DNA of 63,578 bases, filler included, from Porpidia crustulata (lineage: Eukaryota), in NCBI GenBank assembly GCA_964255105.1. It is 4 parts of 4 records of this genome, joined end to end, with 100 filler letters (N's around TTAATTAATTAA, not from the genome) between each part and the next. Parts side by side here need not be neighbours in the genome. Positions count along the whole stretch, not along the records: positions 16,000 to 31,887 come from CAXUWE010000280.1; positions 31,988 to 47,738 come from CAXUWE010000282.1; 2 more parts are not named here. One strand, given 5' to 3'. Positions 27,328-38,784 of this stretch are shown piece by piece. Numbering within the stretch: position 1 is the first letter of the stretch; every line of letters starts with the position of its first letter. The notes below the pieces were generated by a model that worked only from the letters and a program-made list of their open reading frames with translations, did no database searches and was not told where the DNA came from. The position numbers were made by a program, and so were the translations under genes.

Positions 27328-28073
27328 ATGATTTCTTTCCAAATACAGCAACGGTTGAAGGCCTTCCCATATCTATTGGTTCACCTTTCAAGACCCTCAA
27401 ACTGTCATACAACCTCTTTGCCGTCTTTCCCACAGCTCTACAGAAAGTATTCCTCAACCACTGAAACTCTTCCTCGAGTCACCCAGCCGTCGATATGGCA
27501 ATCAATGGTCCCGAAATTCCTTCGAAAATCTCAGGCATCAGGTATGTCGCTGAAGACCAAACGTACTAAGGAGTGGAATCCCGCGACCTTTTTCATAGTC
27601 ATTTTCATGCTTATTGGGTCCAATGCTATTCAAATGATTGCACTGAGGCATGAATTCATGACTTTCAGCCGTAAGGCTGATGCCAAGATTGGCTTATTGA
27701 AGGAAGTCATTGAAAGGCTGCAACGAGGGGAAGACGTAGATGTTGGAGGATTACTTGGCACAGGTAATGAAGCCAAAGAGAGGGAATGGGAAGAAGGTAG
27801 GCTCTCTATCCTATTGTCAGCCTCAGCAAACCCATAAGGCGTCGGTTTTGTCACAGATTGAGCTTACCTTTGAATATAGCCTTGCGTGAGATTGAGGAGG
27901 AGGATCGTCTTTGGCAGTCCAACGCGGAAAAACGCCAGCGAAAGAAATTAGCAAAAGAAGCGAAGAGCAAGGAAGCAGCAATTGCTCCAACCGATCCTGA
28001 CACCGATAGCACTGCTCCTTCTGATGATAACAACCCGAAAGCAAGTGGAGCAAGACGCCCAAGCTTCTACTGA
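27328..28073 (+). CDS. DUF5321-like small single-pass (probably mitochondrial) protein
   Basis: Presequence-like basic N-terminus; KEWNPATFFIVIFMLIGSNAIQMIAL and KADAKIGLLKEVIERLQRGEDVDV; one intron (~27797-27879). Confidence 0.8.
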
Positions 28074-29063
28074 ATCGATATACTGTCAAATAAAACAAAG
28101 TTAATCTTAATCAAGATACGCGAGCCCACCTATCAAACTTGTTGATACCAGGACATATTTCTAGATGACCGTAAGGTGGTCACGCTTCCGATTCATGCTA
28201 CGATGTCTGGTTATTAACTAGGCTAGTGCTAGGCAATTCGTCACGATTATGCTGCCCTTGGGAAACCTCTCAGCTAAGGGCAAGGCGTATTTCTCCAAGC
28301 GCAGGAGAAGGGCTTTGACACACCTTGGCTGAGGCTAGACTTCCATCCTGATGCAAATTAGACTTCACTCAAGCACATTTTGACAGCATTAAAACAAAAT
28401 TCGGGGAGGTGATCAAAGTTGACATTTACGGCCAGAAATATCATTTCCAGAAAAACAGATGCTGCTGGGCCGCAGATACTGGTGACACAGCGTTGAGCTC
28501 GATAGGAGATGTCCGCAGAAATCTCGTCATACCTTTGTGATACCGTTCTGGAGCGAACTGTTCAGCGTTGCGCGCCAGCTTCCCAACCCATTCAGCCCAA
28601 TCTGAGCGTCCATCGCAATCATCAGAATTTGCAATCAGAGCTATGCTGAAGGCACAAAGCTTTGAAGCCCAGAGAATTTTACAAGAATGAGACAGAAATA
28701 GATTACAACCTATGAAACGTACAGGCCTTGGTGTGAGAGTGCAGCCAGCGACATGCTTAACGAAACGATATGTAGCTGGGAAGAGTAGACCCCCAATCAA
28801 CGGGTTAGCAAGGCTCGAAGCCTTCGGTCCAATCAAGACCCTCGGACTGTAGGCCAAAGATACTCGCGCGTGCAAAGAAACTTCGAAGATTGAGACATCT
28901 GCTCCCTAGAATTTGCCACCAAGCCGGCGATTTCAATATTCTGTAATCTAGAATTTGGCTTGAACAAACGATAATGATCCACACTTCCATTGTACTATAG
29001 TGCGGGAAAAACAATGGTCATACACTCTCCGAGAAACCCGTCATCATATTCCTTTAAGCTAAC

Positions 29064-30074
29064 CTACTTCTGATCTTGCCGCTCCACGCCTTCCCCTCCC
29101 ATAACACTTCCTACAAAGTCTCGGTACCGAAACACATCCTCTCTTTTCCCTAAGCCGGACCCCAGTCCCTTCGAAAATTCTCTCTTTCCCCTGAAACCTC
29201 CGATGACCTGCTCGACTTCCCTGTCGGTCAAAGCCCTCTCACCCACATCTGGACTTGTGTGCAGCAGAGCATCTCGTAATTCTCCTACGTTGATCTGTCC
29301 GCTGTCGTCGTCATCAAAAGCTGCAAAGGCATTTAAGAGCTCATTTTGAGAAGAGAGAGGCGTGAGGAGAGAGGACAATGTGTGGAGGAAGGAAGGCATG
29401 TTGAGGGTCTGAGGGGTACCAGGGAGAAAAAACTGGGAGATCGTTTGTGGTGTGGAATCTTGGCCTTATCGGGTCAATCTTGTTAGTATACATGTACAAA
29501 AACAAGATGGGAGACAAGGAAGAGAAGAGTGGGCTGACCGAGGCTCGTAAGCACATCCACTACGTCTTCGCGGTTCACCTGACCATCATTGTCCCGGTCT
29601 AAAATCTCAAACCCTTCTCTCATTTCGCGTACTTGAGCCGGTGGTAGTCTAGCTAGCGCATCGCCTGTGATAGTCATCCGATTCATTGTCCCCGAAGCCA
29701 GAGGCGGCGTGCTCGAAGCCACACGCGTTGGCGACAAGGGAGGTTCGCGCGCTGGGATTTGAGAGGGCGTGAGAGCTCGAGGCGTCCAGGTGCCATCGTA
29801 AGAAGTTGGTGTGATGGCGTTCTGTTGGAGCTTGGAGGGCGATTGAATTGGAGTATGCACTTTCGTTGGGGAGGGTGTAGGGGTGATGGGACGAATAGTA
29901 CACGAAGGCGAGGCGGGGGATTCTGGACGGCGGAATGGTGAGGTACGGGGGGAGCCAAAGGAGAGGGGAGAGGGTTTGTAGGATGTTGGTAGTGACTATA
30001 GGTTTAAGAATGGTCAGAACTGGGAGCCTTTCGCATTGATCCGACGCTAACGATGATTGAACGTTACGCACCAT
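29064..30074 (-). CDS. EF-hand protein, myosin regulatory light chain-like
   Basis: ATG-only first exon 30074-30072, intron 30071-29996, then SLPTSYKPSPLSFGSPRTSPFRRP. EF-hands DRDNDGQVNRED and DDDDSGQINVGE. A second intron lies near 29540-29470. Confidence 0.85.
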
Positions 30075-30547
30075 CGTGACGTTTCCGACCCTAGTACTAT
30101 ATAGCCTCTGAGAGTCGATGCTTGCGCCCTGTTGAAAATTGTGATACCGAAGCAAGCTCGGTGTTGAGTATCATCAAAATCAGATGGATTTGGTCGGCCA
30201 GGTGGATAATCATATCAACAGTGACGAGTGTAAACAAAAGATATGATCCCTGATCCCTGTTGCGGCTCCAACCTGTTGTCCCTTGCAGTAGCTCCCTTTC
30301 ACGTGCTTTTCCCTCAACGTTTCCCAAAGAGTACGGTTGCGCCCATAGATTACCTGTCCTCATCGAGTTGCATCAGTTGGTAGATGAGATTCCACTTCAA
30401 CTGAAGTAAAGTTTCTGTCCTGTAGTAGAATAGCGTTGTATAGGAGTCTACGATAGTACGGTATGACTACTTCCCCACCTCGATGTTCCACCTAGCATTC
30501 ATTCGTCCACGATATCTCCATCCGGATGATCACCTAATCTTTATATC

Positions 30548-31887
30548 ATGACTTCTGTACTTTCTTATCGACCTTCCACGAGCGGCTCTACTACCGCTTC
30601 CAAACGGCGACCGTCACTGTCCTCCTTCCCTTCATCGCGGACACCTTCAAATCCGTCGGCGCAGAATGCAGCGCCTTCGGCAGCACCTCGTATCCCGATT
30701 CGTCGCGGATCCACTAGTAGCTCGCGCACTCCATCAAGCCCCTCCTCTACACCTCATACAGGCCAAAGAGCAGGTATATTACAACGAACTGGTCAATTGA
30801 AGTCTCAATACCCTGCGGAGTCGACAGAACGCCATGTCGAGTATATACTCGTTGCATCGTTCCACGTTGATCGGGGCCCAATTATGGAACATCAATACCC
30901 AGGGGCAATCAGTGGAGATGAAAATATGTTGGCCGAGCTCATGCTACCTGATCAAGCGCACATGAGAAATGAAGATTGGACCATATTCTTCTTACACAAA
31001 GATACCAGTGAAGACGATGAGAAGGCCGAACAAACCGCCGAGAGAAGAGAGCGGAGAAGGGAAAGGAGAGAAGGCGCAGGACCGACTGGGGTAGGTGATT
31101 CGCAAGAAGGCACTGAAGATGAAGAAGAAAGTGATACAGATACCGACGCCGACGAGGATTTAGATGAGGTGGAAGGTGGAGAAGGGCCGCCGTTGATATA
31201 TGTTTTAAATTTAGTGAATACAAAGCAAGACACAACAGCAAAAAGGTTCCGCCCGTTGTACCCGCTGTGTTATGAATATGAATCTAACTATGCGCTCATG
31301 TAGAGGCGCGGTTGTCAAGGCTATGGCAATATGTACACGACATTCATTCCTTCATATATACAAGGTAGCCGTCAGACGAATAGTGTCCTCTGCACATCAA
31401 AGCTAATATGAAACTTAGCCATTATTACTGTTAGCACTTGAAGAATATTTCAGATCACCATTTCCAGAAACATTAGCGTCATTGTACGATGCAGTCAATT
31501 CAATGGATCTCTCCCTAATGCCTCGACTATCGATTCTCGAACGTCATATACTCCAAGCCAGTGATACCAAAGATTTGTTTGTGGAAAAATTCGAGCAAAT
31601 GATCCAGCAGCGCATGGCCGAAGAATCCAGATCTAATTCCATAACATCTCCAGAATCCCCCTCAAAGCCAGCACTCGAACCCAATAAACATGGGCAAAAG
31701 TATACCGTTCCCCGCGACACACATGAGTTTGAATCCAAAGTCATTTACAACAACATCCCCATCCCCATCAAAGTTCCTACCGGCATCTCCCCCGAAACTG
31801 TGGGCGACTTCTCTCTCATCAAACTGATCCAAGCCTTCTCCGCCCCCCACGCATCCTCCCCTCAACCATTCATGCTGCACCCGCATC
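30548..31887 (+). CDS. mesA: Polarity protein MesA / Afi1-like (DENN-related), 3'-truncated
   Basis: [78 protein letters not shown]; introns ~31246-31303 and ~31365-31418. Confidence 0.88.
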
Positions 31888-31987
31888 NNNNNNNNNNNNN
31901 NNNNNNNNNNNNNNNNNNNNNNNNNNNNNNNTTAATTAATTAANNNNNNNNNNNNNNNNNNNNNNNNNNNNNNNNNNNNNNNNNNNN
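31888..31987. other. Artificial contig spacer N44-TTAATTAATTAA-N44
   Basis: Identical 100-bp spacer. Confidence 0.97.
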
Positions 31988-32422
31988 ATTGAGTCGGTCT
32001 AGCTACGTGTCTATAGATCGGAGGTCAGGTGATCTTACTAGCATAAGCACCCCGAACACCTAGTCGTAGGACCTAGATGCTCTGTTTTCAACAGAACTGA
32101 TTGTATTGACTATTACATGAGTTGAGCACGAAGCTCCTATCTAAGGAAATGACCATCATTATATAGACATAGGAAATTCGTACCAAGAGCCTATGCTCGC
32201 GATGCTCGCTCCATGATCTGCACGATCATAGCGAGCATCCTGAGGGGTACGCTTCCTGGGCGTAGTTCTGATACCTTCGCTAAGCTGGTGTTAACAAGCT
32301 CTCAAGCAGCGATAGACTCTGAACTATTGTTTGTTAGCAATTAAATAAATAATTATAGATAGATGACGAGTGCTTAATCGAAAACATCATAGATTTTTTA
32401 TTAGTCTATATTTAAATCCCTA

Positions 32423-32460
32423 TAACCCTAACCCTAAGGCTTAGGGTTTTCGAATTAGGG
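32423..32460. repeat. Short interstitial telomere-like motifs (CCCTAA x2, TTAGGG x2) in inverted arrangement
   Basis: TAACCCTAACCCTAAGGCTTAGGGTTTTCGAATTAGGG; contains the perfect inverted repeat AACCCTAAG-G-CTTAGGGTT. Confidence 0.6.
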
Positions 32461-32763
32461 GTGTAATCGAATGAGGCGTGAATACAGGTATGGCAATTCT
32501 ATATCTCACGTGATCCGGAAGCCACCGAAAATTGTTTGGATGAGAGAAGCTGATTCGCATCTTCGTAATTTGCTATATATCTACGGCCATCTTCCGGCCC
32601 GAAAACAGCAAAGCCATGCTATATAAATGTACCGCGTAGCGAGCGTGAGAGGGTATCAGCCTTGCGAACCAAAACAAAGTAGTCATTATCTGAAACCAAA
32701 GTGTGCTGAAAATTGTTCCCCAACCCATAAGCCCCGGATATCTACTCAAGAAAGTAAACCCCT

Positions 32764-34684
32764 TCAAATTTTCACCCTTTTCAAATTGCCCGACGTCTCC
32801 TGGCCGTCGCCTTCCGGGCTCTTCCTCTTCCGCTCTCCGTCTTCGTCTCGCAGGAAGCTTGGTCCGTTGCCCATCACCGGCGTCTGGAAATTCAGCGGGC
32901 TTGGGAGCAGGTTGTTCTCGCCCCCTTGACGGCCAAAACCCCACTCGGGGTAGAAGGATGAAGGTGAAGGCAGCAGCCCGTCCGCCACAAATCGTGATGG
33001 CAGGGCGGAAATCGGAGTTTCGATATTGTTGTTGCCATAGACTTGATTGTTAGGGTTGCTGTTGCTCATTGGAGGATGTGGCCGAGCGAAGGGATTAGGG
33101 GGACCTTGTGCACCAGCGCTGAGGATAGCACTCGCACTTGGTGACGGTGGTGGCAAAACTACACCCGAAGAGTGACTTGCTTCGGTGCTCGCTTTGGCCG
33201 GTGTATCGCCTGCTGTACCGCCCGACTCCCTAGGAGACGACTCGGCAGTAGCACTGCCGCCGTCAGATTGCTCGCTCGGGATTTGAACCTTCAGCCTTGG
33301 CCTTTTTGCTCCGACATGTGCGCTGTTCGTTCGCGACGGGGGAGGAAACTCCCCAGCGACTGAGGGTTGATTTCTTTGGGACATCGAAGGCACCTTGGGT
33401 GCTCTTATTGGTGGCGGTGTGGGCGCAGACGCTTGTTTCCTGTCAACTGTCCCCACATCGACTGACTGCGATCGATGATCTTTGTTTCTTTCGCTTTTAG
33501 CCTCATCCTTCTTGGCCGTCCCAACTCCCCAATGTTGAGCAAGCAACGACCGACTATCATCAATGGGAGTGAAGATACTTCGAGATTTGGCTGGTGCAGG
33601 TTTTGGGATTCGATTAGGTTGGTTTTCTTCGGAACGTTGCTGGCGTTCGGGGAGCGGTGGTGATGGTGTTTGTTGTTGTGGCTGCGGGTGCTCTTGCGAT
33701 GGGAAAGCTGGTGGCATGGACTGTCGCCTTTGCTCTTGGATGAACGCCTGCTGCATCTGAGGATGTTGTGGCGGTGGTGGTGGCGCCTGCTGTTGCGGTT
33801 GAGAGTAGTATTGAGGCTGCGGGCCTGGCTGTTGGCCATGGTGCGGCGCAACTGGCATACCATGGGCCGCATGAGGATTGTAGACTGGTGGATTAGGCAT
33901 ATAAGCATATCCATTCGGTCCTTGGGGTGCCTGGGTCTCTTGTTGCAGATGTGAAGGACCAAGGTTTGAGCTCGGCCGGCGCACAGCATTTCGGGACCCT
34001 GGACGCGAGCCCATCTGCGGTTGTGGAGTGTGCTGTCGATGATGAAACGGAACACCATTTGTCATCGGCGGGGATGCAGAAGGTGCGTGTCTTATGTGCC
34101 CGAAATTATGCTGATCTTGCAGATGAGGAGGGAGTGCGTGTTCTGGGATACTATGGTCTTGTACAACTTGATCTTCAAGCGGAGGAGTACCCAAGTCATC
34201 CTCGTCATCATCATCGTCCATGTTGCTTCGCCCATTGAAATCCGAGGGTCCTTTGTGTTCGTGCGCACCTCCATACTACGAGCAATCAGTCTCTGGTGAT
34301 ATGCCTGACTAAAAGTCTATACGTACGTATTGAAAGCGCCCAATGGTCTCATTGATATCGCCAGAGGAGAATTCGTAGAGCTTTTTGTTGTGGCCAAATA
34401 TGATGACCGCCACGTCGACGGAGCAGAGGACGGATAGCTCGTGCGCCTTCTTGAATAGACCGCCTTTTCGCTTCAAAAACGTGCTGCAGTATGTGTCAGT
34501 GATACTTTTGTAATTCCTGCAGAGTAATCGCGATGCGCGTTATAACTTTTCCCGTTATCGACACCAAGCTCCCATATGAACGACAAGGCATTGACACACA
34601 GATAATCGCGATAGCTTCATTTACTTACACGGAACGGTTCCTGTCATCCTTGATCGCCTTGATCTCAATCTTGCGCCTGCCCAT
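32764..34684 (-). CDS. rlmA: MEF2-type MADS-box transcription factor (RlmA/Rlm1, cell-wall integrity pathway)
   Basis: [49 protein letters not shown]; Gln/Pro-rich C-terminus with [48 protein letters not shown]. Confidence 0.93.
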
Positions 34685-36828
34685 GATCGCGACACGCTGG
34701 GGCTGGATGGTAGTTATTGATGTACAGTGCAGACTGGATTCAGGATGTGGGCGAGAAGGACCCCAGGAGGCTGAAACCGTTTTAACTCGCTCAGAGAATG
34801 ACCAGTGGACAATGCAATAAAGCGTCCGATACTGTGGGGTAACAATGCTGCAGTGGTTGACTCTAGTGAGTGTCAACAGCGGATCGAAGCTCAACCATAT
34901 ATCAGAACCCTAACATGTCAAGTACCCAGTGGCAGCGTGGGTCAGGTTGGTGGGTTGACGTGCAGTGGGATGTTCTAATTATAAAAGGAGGGCGACTTGA
35001 GTGCGACCGGGGGAGGGAAGATATTCACTTCTTCGATCGTTTATGGAAATTAGGAGCATAATTAGTCGAAGAAAACCAACAGATAAAGGTAAAAATAGCA
35101 CTGTAACGGGGCGTGATCTGCTGCTGAGGTTGCCTGATTCAGCGATCATCCGTCTAAAATGCCTCTTTCGTCCAATCATGCCACGCCCAGACTTCTAGAA
35201 AGACGGCTAATTAGCTTGTATCAGTCATCCTAGTCACAACTCGGTGCTGGACCATGATTGAACTTTCTGAATCCTTCGGGTCGTTCCTCAGCATTGGGCC
35301 CTTGGGTCGAGGCTCTTGGTGGCTACAATATTCGAGCCTCAATCGTCACGACTTTGTTCGCGATCGTCTTTGCATACTGCATTGCTGATCAGATGAAAAG
35401 GGTCAATACTTCCCTTGAAAGTTCTGGTCGTGCTCAAACCGACCTTTACGTCGTCGCCCACGAGATCTTCTACAGGCCACTTCTATCAACAAGGCTAGGG
35501 GAGGGTAAACTTTGATTGGTGAGGAGGACCGAGTCTCACTCACTAGCTGGCACAGCCGACATCAATCTCTTAACGCACTTACAACTGAGGGGTGGGTTTC
35601 AGATCCTGAGGTTCATAACTTCATACAGATCAGCGTCCGCAGACAGCTTGACTTCCTCGCGAGCTTTCCTCCCGATGCCGTTGGAAGCAATGCCACGCCG
35701 CAAACCTGTTCCCTGAGAAGCTGAGTGTCTGACCTCATCTATCTCCATTGTGGCTAAGGTGTTTGCGAGAAGGAACGCCGGGGCGAAATGCGGCTCTTTG
35801 CGAAACTGAAACCCTAACCCACTAGTGCGGCTGTATGACTATTTTTGGCTCCCACGTTCACTGTCGGTCGGTATCAAGGTACGGCTCAGGAAGCCCAGTC
35901 CTCCAAGCCCCATCGTCCCGTCTATGGATATGCTAAAGATGTTGTTACTCGTCGTATGTCCAGCCATTACTCCCGCAGTTGTACCGTATGCGACTCTAAT
36001 CTACTCTACAACGAATCTTTGCGTACCTCGAATTCGATATCTGACATTAGTATGTACCTTAGTCGATCAAAGGCCGATCGCGTATCAACCAATGACGACC
36101 CCACAATGAAAAGCTCTCCTGGCCACTCTATTAGAACTCCTAAACATCTATAACTTCAGCGACTACTAGCAAGCTCAGCGTAAAATTTTCTCTTGGTGAA
36201 AGCAAATCATCGGAAGTACATCTGTTCACCCTTTGCCTTGGAACTGATGACAACTGTGGTCGTGGTCCGTTGCCGTCCAGCGATAAAGCTACAAATCTTG
36301 GGCACGGACTCAATCGATGAAGCTCCTCACGTGTGAATTGGCGTGTGTTCTTATTGGATGAAGCTCTCACTCAATAAATGCTAGTTGCAATTGGAAATAA
36401 ACACCGGTATTGTTGAGCAGTGTCTCGCATGATTACGATATCCAAATCGACATTGGATTCCCCGAGCCTTGGCTCCGCTTCATCGGTAAGTATTCCATAA
36501 CCTGTGAAGCTTATCGTTCAACTTTTGTATTCACCCCTATAACTATGCAGCTTGTTATTCCCCTCGACGTTCAGCCTTCGATCTTTATATTTGATCGGCT
36601 CTCTAATTAGCACCGGCTTCTCGATTACGTAGTAAACGTTACGTCAATGACAGGAGCGAATATTGAGATAATTGAGTCGTGACTAGGGCTATAGCACGTG
36701 GAATATCTGAGCGATCAACCAGAAGCAACGAGAAGGTAGATAAGTTAGCTGCATAACGTGATAAATGAGCGAGACGATTTTTGTTCTATCTGCGTATACA
36801 AATTTCTATCCTGTAATCGGACTGCATT

Positions 36829-37356
36829 CTAAGTCTTTTGTGCATCGTGACCCCAATTCTTCAACGATTTGTAGCTCTTACTATTCGTATCTTTCTTGGC
36901 CTTCTCTTCTTGGGCGAGATGACGCTTGCAGTACTTCATTTTTGTCAACGTCAACGGCAAATTCTACACTCGAAGATACGCAAAGCTACACGGACTTACC
37001 GCAACAACTTTCCTCATATGGCCGAGATCATCTTCGTCGTAATTATCTGGATCTTTACTTGGGTTCCTCTTCAATATCTCAATAATCTTGCGTCCACTGA
37101 TCGAGATGTTTAGACATGCTTAATGAAGAGACAACAGTGAATAAAAGGAAATTACCTTTCGTGGCCGATGGTTTCACCCGATCCGTCGTCCTTTGACCAT
37201 CCTGCGCCTTCGGATTGTTCCTCCTTAAGCCAAACTTCGAGTTCCTCGGGAGTCATGTTAACGAGTTCGTTGAACTCTCTGTACATAATTCAGCGTGCCA
37301 GCGATATTGAGGTTCTGGAAATCGTACTCAATAACGGTCTCATTGTCTTTCACCAT
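36829..37356 (-). CDS. Small DUF3140-family protein (4 exons, absent from the ORF track)
   Basis: Manual splicing over three GT-AG introns gives MVKDNETVIEEFNELVNMTPEELEVWLKEEQSEGAGWSKDDGSGETIGHESGRKIIEILKRNPSKDPDNYDEDDLGHMRKVVAYCKRHLAQEEKAKKDTNSKSYKSLKNWGHDAQKT*. Confidence 0.88.
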
Positions 37357-38784
37357 GGTGCATAGATTTGCCAACAATTTCCAGCGACGGCAAGGAATTT
37401 TCTTAGTGTTGTACCTCTTGATTCTTTGTACTGGATGCTTTTACTCTTTTACTTGGATACAGATGGAAATACGATGATCGGAAGTGTAGCAATCACAAGC
37501 GCTCTGTGGTGCGCTCTATGACATCATCATCATACATTGACACACCACATGGTGATGAGTTTTTCAAGATACCCGACTCATGCGATACACCTCACCCTTC
37601 TGATGTTTTGAGTTGCACCACATGGAGAAGCCATCCAAGGATCTCACCATCGCACAGCATATCTCAGGTCTCAACGACCGCTACCTCGAGCTCGCAGCCA
37701 AGTGCTGGTTGAGTCTTGGTGTTCTTACTGCTCTTCCCGCTAGCATAGTTCGTACGGGCGTTGTTGATGTTATAATGGCCTCTGGAGACTGGGAGATGTC
37801 CCGACATCTTCTCATATCGTAACGTAAGTTCCGCACTGTAAGATGAGAGTGATACAATAGACGTTACGATAGACCCCGGCACGTCGAGTAGCCCTAGGTC
37901 GGCTGATCGCAGGCTTGGCGTGGGAGTACCTTGTAAGCTGTAACTATGTGTTACCCATCGTGTCATCGTTCACGTTCAGTATGGATACTTGAATGATTTG
38001 CGACAGGTCCTAGGTCCTTGATACTTTGGACCTTGCATACAATATCTGCAGCCATTTGAAATGGGTCAAATGATGGTTCTGGGTAAGGGCATGAACCTTC
38101 GGATTGGGAAATGAGACAGGCGCCTTCTGGTACGAATAGGGAGGGTGAGTGCTGAATAGGTGAAGATCAGGGGTCTCAGGGAATAAGGGAAGGACATGAG
38201 GGACGATGGCGTTCCCGGGGCAGATGCTTGAGCGGAACCCAACGGAGAATTCGATAGGCCGATTCTCTAGCGGGGGAGGGGCTTTCGCGTATGTAGTAGC
38301 ATACTAATTAATTTGGAGTGGACGTGTCAAGCGTGTCTGTTGATGACTGGTAAATTAGCTACTTCCAGTAGTAACAATAATTAATACTTATTGGATGTTC
38401 AGGGGATTCTCATAATATTGAGAACAGTGTCATTGCGTTCATGAAGTTGATCTCTTCTTATGATTTCACATGTACAAATCATCGTGAGGTCTCAGTCTAA
38501 CATGATCCACTTGTGATGGATATCCAAGATTAGAAGATCGTCCACCCAAGATCGTCAATGCTTCGCTGGCGCCGACCATTTCGAACCAATTACACAAAAG
38601 CAAGATCTTGTTGTCGCTGACCTCAATTGCGAAGGCGAAGGCGTCCTAACCTCGACCTTCTCATCATTCATACTTCCGCTCTGTGCGAAAGCGCTGAAGC
38701 AGCTTACAGCACTGAATCGATAAAGATAAGATACCATAGACGTCATTAAGTCCCATCCACATATGATAATCTTGGGACCTCACA

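Noticed and set aside
28441..29014. 144-aa and 69-aa minus-strand ORFs
   Set aside because: No recognisable motifs; likely spurious ORFs between convergent genes.
33405..34058. 217-aa alternative-frame ORF inside rlmA, and similar shadow ORFs in separase, Msb1-like and NRPS genes
   Set aside because: Explained by low-complexity or codon-biased coding sequence of the real gene.
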